Assembly: GCA_016906335.1 (NCBI GenBank)
Contig: JADEYG010000004.1
Location: 310,001 to 374,000 of the forward strand
Source: Novakomyces olei
Taxonomy: Eukaryota
Length of the DNA: 64,000 nt
Direction of reading: 5' to 3'
A program made the translations under genes and the position numbers. The notes below the pieces were generated by a model. It worked only from the letters and a program-made list of their open reading frames with translations. It did not search any database and was not told the origin of the DNA. Each line of letters opens with the position of its first letter. The stretch's first letter is position 1. Below, in pieces: positions 1-11,955 of the stretch.

Positions 1-327
1 GGTCGTTATCTACGTAAGTATCCAATTTATTTATTTATTTTTCTTCTCAACATTTTCCGATTCTAATCGTAGGTACTTGTGCAAACTTACATTATTGATT
101 CTTACAATTTATACGCTGCGTCTGCCACGGGTGCATTATCTCTTTTTCGTGCATTATTGGCGTTCGCGTGCCCATTGTTTGGCGGCCCATTGTACGAGAA
201 TTTGGGGTATGGATGGGGCTCGACGGTTATTGCTTTGATTGCGTTTTGTATTGGTTTACCAGGGTCTTTTCTCTTGTTGTTATACGGTCCGCTTATACGC
301 AAGAAATTTTCCCGAAATTATGACTAG
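1..327 (+). CDS. MFS transporter (DHA1-like), 3' end only
   Basis: Intron 14-72 (GTAAGT..CTAAT..TAG), then YIIDSYNLYAASATGA..RALLAFACPLFG..LGYGWG, typical of the last helices of fungal MFS drug:H+ antiporters. Confidence 0.8.
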
Positions 328-534
328 AGTTGTTTATAAGAATAATATGCCTGTTTGATATTGGCCCTTATTTATGCTACTGATGCATTCATTATAGGGA
401 TTCATTTTATTGCTTTTGCATGCCATATAGTATACAAAGCCGGCTTCATCTAAATAGAAATCCTCTAAAAGCTCAATAGGCATAAAAAAAAAATTTGTAA
501 TTTTATATATTCAATCACAACCCGCATACTAAAC

Positions 535-1715
535 CTATTTATGTTCCAACCCTTGGACAAGCTCCTGTTGAAGCTCCTTGTCCTTGTCCGCGTCTGAAAG
601 CTTTTGAACGCTCCTCACATCGTTGACGATATCGCGAGTTTTCCCAAAATAAACTTCCTGCAATTGATTGCGCATACGGATCTCTGTATCTTCTACCATC
701 CGGCCGATATTGGCAATATGAGAAGAAGAAGACTCTACGGGAGCATCTTGTTCCGCCTGTTTATTAGAAGACTGTAAAAGATGAAAAGGTAATCAAGTTG
801 GAATAAAAATAAAAATAAGCAATTAAGGAAATAACAATCTAGATGATTATGTATTTTATTATTTTGAAGACAGAAATTGATCCTCTTTAAAGAAAAATAT
901 CCCAAAAACCAGGCCCCAAATCCGGTACAGATGCACAAGCGAATTGAGTATAAAAACGAACCTGACGGGTCAGACTGCCACTGAGATTTAGACCATCGAT
1001 CTTTGCGCTCTTGGTCTTGAGGTTAAGCATAACCGTACTCGTTAGACGGTAATGGGCGGATCGCAATTTGTTGTGGACTTCGAACACGTGGATACTGTCC
1101 CAAGAATTTGCTTGATCATCAGGCAGAACTGAGATGGTTAACACAAAACACAAGAGATCTGATTCGTATTACCCTTTTTGAAGAGAACGACTCCGGCCCA
1201 CCAGTCATCTTCCAAATCCCAAAGATAGACAGAGGAAACACCACCTTCGTAATACCTTGTCATTAGAATTAAATCGACAAAATTAATTGAATTTAACATT
1301 GATGAAAACTCAAATAATTAAATAAATAAATGACGATACATTTCTCGATATATATCAAACGCGTTGTTGGCAGCAACTTCGATCTTTCTCAAGTCACTGC
1401 TCGGCAACGGACCATCTTCTGACGGAGGATCGAACTCGTTTGACCACGGAGAGCGGTAAGAGTCCTCATCACGATTGTAGTCACATGTCAAATACTGCTT
1501 TCCTGTCTTCTTGCACACTTTTACTCCCAAAGGCTGATCGACGGAGCTCAACAAGTCTTCGCCGATATCATCGTTGGATGCCAGAATTAGCGATAAATTC
1601 TTAGCAATGTTTTGCGGGGGGAGCCTCCGAAGTAAGTCGAGTGCCGCATCTATTTTAGCCTCCTTTTAAAGTCGAGTTAGCATCAATTATGATCCAATTC
1701 ATTGCCGCCTACCAT
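535..1715 (-). CDS. CAP2: F-actin capping protein beta subunit (spliced)
   Basis: ATG-only exon 1713-1715, intron 1663-1712, then [64 protein letters not shown] at 535-537. Confidence 0.93.
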
Positions 1716-1738
1716 TGCAGCCGGGGTTAGATATCATC

Positions 1739-1930
1739 AAATATAAATATAAATATAAATATAAATATAAATATAAATATAAATATAAATATAAATATAA
1801 ATATAAATATAAATATAAATATAAATATAAATATAAATATAAATATAAATATAAATATAAATATAAATATAAATATAAATATAAATATAAATATAAATAT
1901 AAATATAAATATAAATATAAATATAAATAT
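1739..1930. repeat. Perfect (AAATAT)x32 microsatellite followed by (AAT)n
   Basis: Read directly from the sequence; lies between the CFT1 stop and the CAP2 ATG. Confidence 0.98.
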
Positions 1931-2015
1931 AATAATAATAATAGTTTCATTGCTACTGTTTCTGCTACACTTATTCTAAAATACAATCCATTTTGAAAGC
2001 TATTTGGAGCTTAGT

Positions 2016-5000
2016 CTAAAGATAGTCCAGACAGGAATCTATATAAATCATGTCTCGCGACACGACATCAGTGGTGGTGTTTGCCTTTTTGGTCAGATCG
2101 CGCTTAACTGAGAGAGGCGCGCTATAAAACTCGCGTACAATATTTCCGTCAATGAAAACACGAATCGGCCGGGGCGAAATACTCTCGTACGAGGCAATTC
2201 GGTACGATTTAGAGTTTAAATTTGCAAAAGGCACTCGACGATTATGGAACTGGCCTTGTATGGTATTAAGGCGACGATAAGCACCCTCTCTGATTGGAAT
2301 AATTGCCGTCAGACAACCATCGGTGTCTGACATTAGACAAATAGATTCCTCCTCGCCTTCTTCTAGTGCTGTACGAGAGCTAGCGTGAGCCGGGACCATT
2401 TCCATATGGGAAACAGTGTGGCCGAAATGGAACTCTGCCCTTTTCACCAGCTTCTGGCCAGCATTGCTCAGTGGGCCTGTCGGGTTAGTAGGGACCGGTA
2501 AACGAATAGTATTAGATAATAAAAGGAATATCAACATTTATCCCCTTTAAGCAGTACAAGTCAAGAAAAATAAAAATAAAACATACTATCAGGGTCGTAT
2601 TTCAGCAAGTGCAGATCGTTTGAAGCGTCGGCTACGGCAATATACAAGTCCTGTTGATCTACAATAAACTCGGCGTGCCGGGCGGCCAGTGGATGCGGAT
2701 CCCATGAGAATCGCGTGACGCGGTACGGTTCTTCAGCGAATCCACACAGCTGCACGCTATTCTGAGCATCGGCAAACAGCAGCAAGTCTCTCAAACTTTT
2801 TGTTTCGGTCGTGTAAACGCCGAGATCGTAGAAGGCGACAGGAACGAGATGGTCCTCGTCCTCAATGCCCCGAATCAGAGCCTAGAATAAGCAAATGGAG
2901 GCAAAATCAGACTATAATACTATTACCTTTAGTCCCTGGGTATTTAGGAGATAGCCCTTGACGTCACAAGCACAATTAACTGCGCCACGGATATCCTCGC
3001 GTGTAATAAGTCGCAATTTATGACGCGTTTCCGGTCTGTTCTTTTCCGGATTTACTTCGATCGTTTCTAAAACGTAAATCATACCCCGAACAGCCAAATC
3101 TTCGCCCTTTAAAGTCCCTGTGCCGGCCACAATATAGGGCTTTCTGACACGAGTTTCGTCGTTGATTTCGAGGCTTGCATCGAGCAAGCACAGCGGTACC
3201 TCGTCCGTTTCGAAATGAAAGCTAAAAAAAAAAAAAAAAAAAAAGTCAGCAAAACTATGCATCTCAGAGTAACCCACGTGTCAATAATTGTCCATGTCTC
3301 TGGGGACACCAGTTTAATACTGCCACGGCCCAATTCAGGCGGCTTGTCTCGGGAATAATTCCACTCCACCACGCTATTGCCCTCGTCGTCAGTGAGGGTA
3401 AACGGCTGCCCCTTCACTGTGCCCACGACGTAAAGGCCATGTTTGCGATCAAAGGCGATACTGCTTGGCTGTTCTCCGAGAGCAATGTACCGTGTAGCCA
3501 GTCGATTGTCGTAATTGTACTCGGTGCTCGTCCGGCAGATACTGACTCTGTCGCTCGCAGAGATAGTAACAATCCCGTTGGGACAGGCTCGTGAATGGAA
3601 CTGGCTTGAATGCAGAATACTGTCCCGGCCCATAGTCAGGATATGAGGCATTGATTTCCTCGTTTTAACAATCCACGCTGGTTTAATTCCAGCAATAAAG
3701 ACCCCCAATTGCCCAGCTCCAAACTCTAATAGCTTCAACTTTCTCCCTGGTGTCAGTTCTGAGGCAATCGCTCCTTCCTCCCCATTCAAGTCGTCCTCGC
3801 TGGCTTCCCTTGGCGACCCCTTTTCCTCAACTGCCTCCTCCTCACCCTCATTACGGAGCACACAGGGCATCGGAACACGGGCAAATCCGGGCTGCAAACT
3901 GCTCTGCTGGTCCTGTACAATCTTGTACACGACTACATCGTTGCCCAGTGTTCGGAAGACTGCAAAAGCGCCACCATAGCTGTCTCCAAAATCTGTAATT
4001 GCCATCTCGCTGTACTGTGCACTCTTTTTTATAGAGGCAATTGGCTGACTGGCACTTGCCTCCTTCGCCCCAGGCACGAGCCGGCTCGGCATCTCGACAA
4101 GACCAAACGTGGACACCAGTTCCTGACCAGAGTCCACGTGGATACACTTTAAGGATCCATCCGGAGACATGAAATAAAGGTACATTGTCTCCTTCAGCTC
4201 TGCGACACTGGATACATTGCTCTCTGTGATTGCCTGCTGAGCTCTATGGGATTTCATGTTTTTTTCCCCACTCGCATTAGCCGTGCCTTTAGCAGTACTC
4301 CGTTTCCTCTTGCCTCTTTGCCCACTGCCCTCAGGCTCAGATCGTTGCTTTACATTGGAAAAAAGCACAACAGCTATCGTGGACAGGAAAGCGCAGTTGT
4401 GAGCAAGTCGGGCTTCGCTTGAAACATAAACAGTATAAAGCGTAAAATTGTCGTCGAGGCAGTGAACGGAAAACATGGAATTGTCGAAAATTAATAGACA
4501 GTAATCCCGAGTTATTTGGGCGTCAATTATACAAGTTGCGCCTGCCGGCAGTTTGTCCATCTGCTGGACAATAACCAAATCTGCATCGTACAGTACGACA
4601 TCGCCACGTCTGACGTGAACAATCCTCGTGCTTTGGGCCATTGTGCCCGCCTGCACAGTACGGCCAGCTGATTTAAAGCTCGAGTGCATTATTTGATCAA
4701 ACACGGCGCCCAAGGCAAAGATCATGCTCTCGTTCTCTCTGGAGATTAGCAGATAATTATCATAATCGTCGTCCGCCTGGAAACGTGGCCTTCGTGTTAG
4801 CGGATCCAAGCGCTGGCCACGTGTACGCAGAGACCAGATAGCCCTGCAGCCTTGAAAATCAAAGGAGGCTACTATTTCATGAGGCATAGAGGGCCTTTGT
4901 AAAGTGAGGCCTCCCAGGGGACCGACACCAGTGGCAGACACGAGTTCGAGCTCAGTCGGCATACGAATATTGACCTGGGACATATCGTCAGCAGCACGAA

Positions 5001-6801
5001 GAGGACTCGCTGATTTGCCCATGCAGAATGTATGAATAGGGCCATTGAAGACAATCGTGTCCGTAGCACGGAATTTTAAAATTGAATTTGCATAATCTTG
5101 GCGTCGTGCAGGCTTTCCATTGCTGCCTTGCTGTCCAGCATCTAACGATCCTGTGTATAGCTCATCCAAATCATCTTGCTCTTCTTTTTCTCCCTCATTT
5201 TGCTCTTGGAACTGGTGATTTCTCTCTTGATTACTGGTATTGTCAAAGTCTTCTGTCCATTGCAAAAGGGCACTACTACAAGTCCTACTTCCAGCAAACA
5301 CGTAATGCTCAGAGTGAGGAGATGCGCAGGAAGCACCTGCACGAAGAGTCGTTTGAGGCTCTATTCTATCGAGCACAGTAACGCGAAGAGCACGCACGGA
5401 TTTCCCGTCAATTTCTCCATAAACCCGTACAAATTCACCGTCTTTTGTTATGGTTAAGACATCTACGCAAGCGCTATTCTGCCGTAGTACTGTACTCGTA
5501 CAGCCTTCCAACTGCAATTTTAATGCACTTTTATCGGCCAGTGGGAGCGTCTGTTTATCCATACCGAATCCGTTCACTGCCACCCCCACCGTTTGATCGC
5601 GTGAATTAGAATAAATAATTTCGTCATCGCCAAAGGCAATAAATCCGCCAATTGGCCCGGGCAGTGGAAGTAATGAGTTTATCGTAAAAGGCAGGCAGTC
5701 GAGTTGGGAAATGACGGTGGAAGCACGTTCCTGCAAGTCCAGGTTTACTACTTTTATCATTGCGCAAACGCCCTGGTCCTTGTGGACGGGCAGTAGCGAC
5801 GCGTTAGTGTGGATAGGCTCATACAATATGGCCAGAGTAGGCTCACGGTACCCGTGAAGGTATACCATGTCGCGCACGTTAGCAATATCGTCATCCAATT
5901 GGGATAATTGCAGCAAGAAAGAGGGCGATGACGCATTTTCGTCTGTGTGCACGGTATCATCCGCTGCACCCAGTACATCGGCGCTAGCAGAAAAGGGGAG
6001 AAAAGCCAGCATATCGTTGTAGAATCGCAGAGTAGCGCACTGGCCAGAGGGCTCTACTAGTAATTGTGGGCATTTGTCGCTGTCTACTTCACGCAGGCCA
6101 TGATCCTGCGCCAAAAGTTCGTAGAAATGGATACTAAGCGTGCGAAACTCGTGGGCAGGTGCGTCCCATTCCACGATTGATACCTTGGTCGTGAGCAAAC
6201 TGGCAAAGGGGGCATAAAACAATATACAGGCATCAAAGGTAGCAAATCAGAAATGTCAACGCACACGCATATGTAGAAAGACGGCAGGCATAAAGACTAG
6301 ACGTAAACAAAATCAAACACTGACTAAATCAAATTCAGAAACGGATTCACCCACTTTAGCGTGCCGAGTCGCGATTAATAAACAGTCGCGCACTGCTCCC
6401 TGCTTTCTCATTTTGAGCAGCGCTGTAATTTTTCCAAACACGTTCGTCTCGTACAAAAGAACAAGTGCTTTTCCCTCTTTACGGACGGCCCTTTCAAACT
6501 GCACGTCCTGCCCAAGGAACATCTATTCTTTAGTACTAACGAAGAGCAATACTATTCATCATCCAATGGCAATGGCACTTACCTGTTCCTGGTCCGTGCT
6601 CAGGCCAATACTGCTCACACCACCATCTTCCAATGGCCCATCCTGCACATCATCCGCCAGCGTTCGAACAACACGAAAAAGCCGAATGAAATCGTTGCTG
6701 ACTGTAACTATATCAGGCTCTCCATCATCACTGCTCAATTGTGCACAAACAGCAAAATCGACAGACAAAGGATCATTCAATGGCTGAACTACTGCCGACA
6801 T
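2016..6801 (-). CDS. CFT1: Cleavage/polyadenylation factor subunit CPSF160/Cft1 (multi-exon)
   Basis: Successive minus-strand ORFs joined by GT-AG introns (e.g. 3222-3277): AKVSIVEWD..TLSIHFYE, FLPF..PSF, YLHGYREPTLAILYE, GEDLAVRG, AEFHFG. Confidence 0.9.
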
Positions 6802-6973
6802 AGCGCTCAGTCACCGAACAGCGCCGGTTTCCCGCGTCGTTTGCGCTCGTCAGACGATGGTTTTCGTGATTTCGCTGATCATGAACAGTGATTTCGTGGC
6901 CTTTTTCGATTTATGTCTACTAATACAGTATTATTCTGGAGAATATTTCACACAAATAATGATAAATGTCGTA

Positions 6974-7171
6974 AATTACAATAATTACAATAATTACAAT
7001 AATTCCAATAATTCCAATAATTCCAATAATTCCAATAATTCCAATAATTCCAATAATTCCAATAATTCCAATAATTCCAATAATTCCAATAATTCCAATA
7101 ATTCCAATAATTCCAATAATTCCAATAAGTACAATAATTCCAACAAGTACAATAAGTACAATAAGTACAAT
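6974..7171. repeat. 9-bp minisatellite (AATTCCAAT with AATTACAAT/AAGTACAAT variants), ~22 units
   Basis: Read directly; in the divergent CFT1/Fun30 intergenic region. Confidence 0.97.
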
Positions 7172-7771
7172 CGGCAGACTACGCGTTTACGTGTTATCGC
7201 GAGAGTAATAATAGAATGCGCGAATATACACTATGAAAATAATACCACACTCAATAATAATCATAAAAAAATGCGTTAAATAAATCTCTAAAACAAACCT
7301 GAGGGTTTACCGCTGAGGTACTTTTAGGACAGGACGCGTGGCAGATATAGGCGCGTGATCTCGTTCAGGTCTTTAATGAGGACAAGAGTCCGGGAAATTT
7401 GAGACTCTTTCCCTCTACGCTTACCGGCCGGCGGTCTTTGCTTACGAGGTACCTTGGCTTTTGTCTGTTCTTGCCCCGTCTGCCGCAACTGTGCCTTTAT
7501 TCATTTAAATACATTGTCTGCCCTGGTCGTGCCTCCTTTTTGCCAGGTCGACAAGAAAGAGCAGGAAAGAAAGAGCAGGAAGTAAAGAAAAAAGAACAAA
7601 CAAAGAGCAGGAAATAAGAAAAATAAAAAATAAAAAAACAAAACAAATAAAAAAAACTCGGGTTAGCAACCTGTTGCACCAAATCCCTAAAACTGACATT
7701 GAGGCAAAAGTGACGAGACTGCCGAGACAGAGCCGACAAAAATCTGACTAAACTGAAGCATCGGCGCTGTA

Positions 7772-10700
7772 ATGGAGTTGGAACATTCGCCTAAAAGGCG
7801 CCGCACTGGTGCAGAGGACGCGGCAGACCCGATCGTTACATCATCGCCGGTAATGGCAGAGCCCTTTCGAGGCGGAGACAGTGGTCGTCAGGAAAGAGCA
7901 ATGGCTGCGCATATACAAAAGCCGCTTAACACAGCGTATGGCGCAGACTTGGGAGGAGAATTTGGACGCTTAGGGCATACAGCGCCTCTCTCAGGCAGCC
8001 TTCGAAGGCCGAATAATGCTTTCCCGAGCGAAATCCTGAGCCAGTCTTCTGCGTCCGATCAAAGACAGACGCGTCTCGTCGGCGAAGCTGCTCGTGAAAA
8101 TCTGCGTGCTCACGCTCAGCAGTTCCGCTCGGCAACAGGCAGTCTTGCTTTTGCAGGCAGCGCTCAGCAGTGGCAGACTCGGTCTGCCCATAGTCCGGCA
8201 TTGCCGTCTCTGCCTTCTTCTCCTTCTCCTTCTCCGTCTCTGCCTTTGCAAGGCACTGGATCAGTGTCCCAGCAGAGCCATACGCTGGCAGTGCAAAGGG
8301 TAATGGCCGCCTACCCGTTTCTGCCTACAGACTTTGTTACAAGGACCCTCGTCTACTTTAATCACGATATAGGCCTGGCTCAAAAGGCACTGTCTACGGC
8401 ACAAGGCCGTGCGCAGTTGCAGCAGGCTCTACGCACTCGTACGCCTGACTCGGAGTCTTCAAGGCAGACTCCGTTTGCTCAGCGGCCAGAGCAAACGGCT
8501 CTTGCAAATCAAACTCCAGCGCCTTTTTTAACAAAGCCCGTCTTGGGCCGACCACACTCAAGGAAGCCTTCTGTTCCTTCTGTTCCGGCTGTGCCTTTTG
8601 CAGCAAAGCACTCGACTCTGCGGGAAACAAGGTCTGATGGACAAAGTATCCGGGCAAAGTACTCCCATGTTCCGCCCGGCCAGTCTTCGTTTCGTGTTAC
8701 TGGCGCCAATTTCTTTAGCCAAAAGGGCACTTTTCCGCCTCATAAAGCTGACTTTGGAGGACCGCCAGTTTACCGAATGCGTCCGTTGCAGAGCACTGCT
8801 CCAGCTTTTCCGCCACGCAAACCGGCCAGGCCACGATTACGTCAGAAGGGAACCGGCAGCCGTGGCCGATCTCGGTCCGACAGCGATTCCTCTGGCGACG
8901 ATGGCTCGTATAATTCACGCTCCAGAAATACAAACACGGGACCCGTGAATATTGGTGGACCTGGCGCGGCAGGGCGGACAGACGCGTTACTCACACGCGT
9001 TCTTTCCTACATAAATACGTGTACGGAGGACAGTTTGATTGATACCTGTGGGTGCACTGGGGAACAGGCCAAAACCCTACTGTCTCATCGGCCTTTTGCC
9101 GGTATCGAGGACGTTTACGCCGTGCGGGCCACAGACACGGGCGGAAAACGGAGGGTTCGTCAGGGTGCACAAACCCTAGGGTTAAAATTAGCAGAGACTT
9201 GCAGTGAAATGCTGGTTGGGTACAGTGCGGTTGATGATTTGATCGATTCCTGTGAGCGAGTGGGCGAACGGTTAAAGCATGCAATGTTACAGTGGGGCAT
9301 TGATGTGAGTGGGAAGGAGGTCAAAGATTTTAATCCTTCAACTCGGCAATTACCGCCCTGGTACCTTGCACAGCAGCCTCGGTTGTTGGCTGATGGAGTA
9401 CAGCTCAAATCGTACCAATTGCTCGGAGTCAATTGGCTACGATTGCTCTATGAAGAAGGGCTTTCCGGCATTCTGGCAGACGAGATGGGACTGGGCAAAA
9501 CTTGCCAGATCGTTGCGTTCTTTGCTTCGTTATTGGCTCAAGGTCGACAAGGTCCGCACTTGATTGTAGTGCCGAGTTCGACTCTGGAAAACTGGATCAG
9601 AGAGTTCAACAAGTTTTGCCCTTCTCTCAAAGTTGAGCCTTATTACGGAACGCAAACAGAACGGGCAGAAACTAGGTACTATCTGTCCCAGGCAGAGACA
9701 AAGTTTAACATCTTGGTTACTACCTACCAGCTGGCAACTGGTGCCAAAGACGATAGGAAGTTTCTACGCAGTTTAGACCCCGACTGCTGTGTCTATGATG
9801 AGGGCCACTACCTGAAGAACAGCATGTCCGAAAGGTATCGGCATCTTATGAATATTCATGCTCGTTTCCGTGTCTTACTCACGGGCACACCTCTGCAGAA
9901 CAACTTGAAGGAGCTTGTGTCCCTGCTGGCCTTTATTCTGCCTGACTTGTTTGCCAGCGAGCTTGATCAGCTGGGGGCAATTTTTAAAATGAAAAAGGCA
10001 GAAACTTCTCCAGCAGATCAGGAACAAAGCAAAAGTGCGGATCAGCAGGAGGAGGATCAAGGCCCAAACTCCACACCTGCTCCTTCTTCAGCAGGCTCAG
10101 GTGCTCTACTCAGTGAGCAGAGGATACAGAGAGCCAAAAGGATGATGAGTCCTTTTGTCCTACGTCGTCGAAAGGTGCAAGTGCTGGACGATTTGCCCGC
10201 CAAAATGCAGATACTGGAAAAGTGTGAAATGACACAGACACAGCGGGATATCTACAACGAAATCTTGGATCAGCGTCGAGCAGCTATCCGGGCACGTGAA
10301 GCAGCGGCCAATGAAAAGGAGCAGAGCAAGAGCAGTAGTGGGGGTAAAGAGGCCAATGACCAGAGGTCAGGTCTGCCTATTGAGGGAGATATCATGGAAC
10401 AGCTTGAGGAAAAAATTGATGCAGACATTCACAACGAAGCAGTGGCCAAGTCGGAACCTGTACGGGCCAAAGGCCAACATTTGGCCGTCGACGATAGCGA
10501 CAATTCTAAGCAATCTAACAGCAACACTAAGCAATCTAACAGCAACACTAAGCAATCTAACAGCAACACTAAGCAATCTAACAGCAACACTAAGCAATCT
10601 AACAGCAACACTAAGCAATCTAACGGGAATGCTTACAAGCAAGCTGAAAGCGATGACGATGACAGTTATAGTGATGGCAATGGCAATGATGACGATGACG

Positions 10701-11734
10701 ATGACGATGACGCGTCGTTCTCAGAGTCTACGCGCTCACGTAATATGAGACGCTCAACGCGCTCAGCGTCGACGCGATCTACTCCAACCCGTTCCGTTCT
10801 TACGCGTTCAGCACGGACGACGCGTTCAACGCGTCATTCGGAGCAGGACACTGACCAATCACAGCAGCCTACGCCAACCTCCTCGGTAGCGGAAGTGCAA
10901 GAGACGCGGGAAAAAGGGGGCGAAGAGGACGATTTGCAGCAAATTGAGCGTCGAACCAATACGGTTATGCAGCTCCGATTAGCTGCGAACCATCCAATGC
11001 TATTCCGACGTCGGTATACGGACACAGCGATTGCAGAAATGGCACAGAGGCTAATGATGGAGCCAGAGTATGCGGCGCATGGTCCAGAGAACGAGTCCTT
11101 TATACGTGAAGATTTGTCTGTCTGCACTGATTTCGAGCTGCATCGAATGTGTGAGCAAAACAAGAGCCTGGCGACTTTTGCTTTGAGTGGAGCACCCTGG
11201 ATGGATGCAGGCAAGGTAGTGGCCTTGCAATCCCTGTTGCCCTCCATGATTGAGCGAGGGGACCGTATATTGATATTCAGTCAATTCACAATGATGCTCG
11301 ACGTTTTGCAGCGGGTCATGGACGAAATGGAGATTGCTTACATGCGAATGGACGGGCAAACTCCCGTTGCTCAGCGGCAGGATATGCTGGACCAGTATTA
11401 CGAGGAGAAAGACGTGCCCGTGTTCCTTTTGAGCACTAAAGCCGGTGGATTTGGTATCAATTTGGCCTGTGCAAATACTGTAATACTGTATGATAGTTCG
11501 TTTAACCCCCATGACGATAGGCAGGCAGAAGATCGTGCTCATCGCGTGGGCCAGGAGCGAACAGTACGCGTTTACCGTCTCGTTGTTCGAGATAGTGTGG
11601 ATGAGTACATTCAAGATTTGGCTAATTCCAAACTGGCCCTTGACGAAAGTGTGAGTGGGGGGGCCGGTGGGGGCCGTGAGGCTCGAGAGAGTCTTATACA
11701 GGGCCTGGTCGATCGTGCACTGCTCACTCAATAG
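7772..11734 (+). CDS. SNF2-family chromatin remodeler, Fun30/SMARCAD1/Fft type
   Basis: Intronless 1320 aa; LKSYQLLGVNWL, GILADEMGLGKT, DEGH, LLTGTPLQNNL, LLSTKAGGFGINL, QAEDRAHRVGQ; CUE-like segment (AYPFLP..FNHDIGLA) in the N-terminal part. Confidence 0.9.
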   Translation: MELEHSPKRRRTGAEDAADPIVTSSPVMAEPFRGGDSGRQERAMAAHIQKPLNTAYGADLGGEFGRLGHTAPLSGSLRRPNNAFPSEILSQSSASDQRQTRLVGEAARENLRAHAQQFRSATGSLAFAGSAQQWQTRSAHSPALPSLPSSPSPSPSLPLQGTGSVSQQSHTLAVQRVMAAYPFLPTDFVTRTLVYFNHDIGLAQKALSTAQGRAQLQQALRTRTPDSESSRQTPFAQRPEQTALANQTPAPFLTKPVLGRPHSRKPSVPSVPAVPFAAKHSTLRETRSDGQSIRAKYSHVPPGQSSFRVTGANFFSQKGTFPPHKADFGGPPVYRMRPLQSTAPAFPPRKPARPRLRQKGTGSRGRSRSDSDSSGDDGSYNSRSRNTNTGPVNIGGPGAAGRTDALLTRVLSYINTCTEDSLIDTCGCTGEQAKTLLSHRPFAGIEDVYAVRATDTGGKRRVRQGAQTLGLKLAETCSEMLVGYSAVDDLIDSCERVGERLKHAMLQWGIDVSGKEVKDFNPSTRQLPPWYLAQQPRLLADGVQLKSYQLLGVNWLRLLYEEGLSGILADEMGLGKTCQIVAFFASLLAQGRQGPHLIVVPSSTLENWIREFNKFCPSLKVEPYYGTQTERAETRYYLSQAETKFNILVTTYQLATGAKDDRKFLRSLDPDCCVYDEGHYLKNSMSERYRHLMNIHARFRVLLTGTPLQNNLKELVSLLAFILPDLFASELDQLGAIFKMKKAETSPADQEQSKSADQQEEDQGPNSTPAPSSAGSGALLSEQRIQRAKRMMSPFVLRRRKVQVLDDLPAKMQILEKCEMTQTQRDIYNEILDQRRAAIRAREAAANEKEQSKSSSGGKEANDQRSGLPIEGDIMEQLEEKIDADIHNEAVAKSEPVRAKGQHLAVDDSDNSKQSNSNTKQSNSNTKQSNSNTKQSNSNTKQSNSNTKQSNGNAYKQAESDDDDSYSDGNGNDDDDDDDDASFSESTRSRNMRRSTRSASTRSTPTRSVLTRSARTTRSTRHSEQDTDQSQQPTPTSSVAEVQETREKGGEEDDLQQIERRTNTVMQLRLAANHPMLFRRRYTDTAIAEMAQRLMMEPEYAAHGPENESFIREDLSVCTDFELHRMCEQNKSLATFALSGAPWMDAGKVVALQSLLPSMIERGDRILIFSQFTMMLDVLQRVMDEMEIAYMRMDGQTPVAQRQDMLDQYYEEKDVPVFLLSTKAGGFGINLACANTVILYDSSFNPHDDRQAEDRAHRVGQERTVRVYRLVVRDSVDEYIQDLANSKLALDESVSGGAGGGREARESLIQGLVDRALLTQ
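10506..10624 (+). repeat. Coding 21-bp tandem repeat (KQSNSNT)x5.7
   Basis: CTAAGCAATCTAACAGCAACA perfect copies inside the remodeler ORF. Confidence 0.97.
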
Positions 11735-11821
11735 CTTTGGAATACGTAAAGGCTTTTCTGTCAATAGTAAATTGTATATATTGCATAGACCAGAGTGCTT
11801 TGAGCCTGCAGAAGGAGTTGG

Positions 11822-11955
11822 TATTAATATTATTAATATTTTACTATTACTATTTTACTATTACTATTTTATTATTACTATTTTACTATTACTATTTTAC
11901 TATTAATATTTTATTATTACTATTTTACTATTTAGATTGTAATAATTATTTTTAA
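11822..11955. repeat. Degenerate AT-rich (TATTACTATTT-like) repeat
   Basis: Low-complexity tract 3' of the remodeler stop. Confidence 0.8.

Noticed and set aside
1699-1996. ORFs encoding (LY)n and (KY)n
   Set aside because: Artefacts of the stop-free (AAATAT)n array
6857-7279. 140-aa (NNS)n ORF
   Set aside because: Produced by the 9-bp minisatellite in a divergent promoter; no other coding signal
9467-9502. Possible CUG codon reassignment
   Set aside because: CTG encodes the conserved Leu residues of GILADEMGLGKT, consistent with the standard code
10506-10624. CRISPR-like appearance of 15-21-bp repeats
   Set aside because: Head-to-tail units without spacers, eukaryotic context, no cas genes
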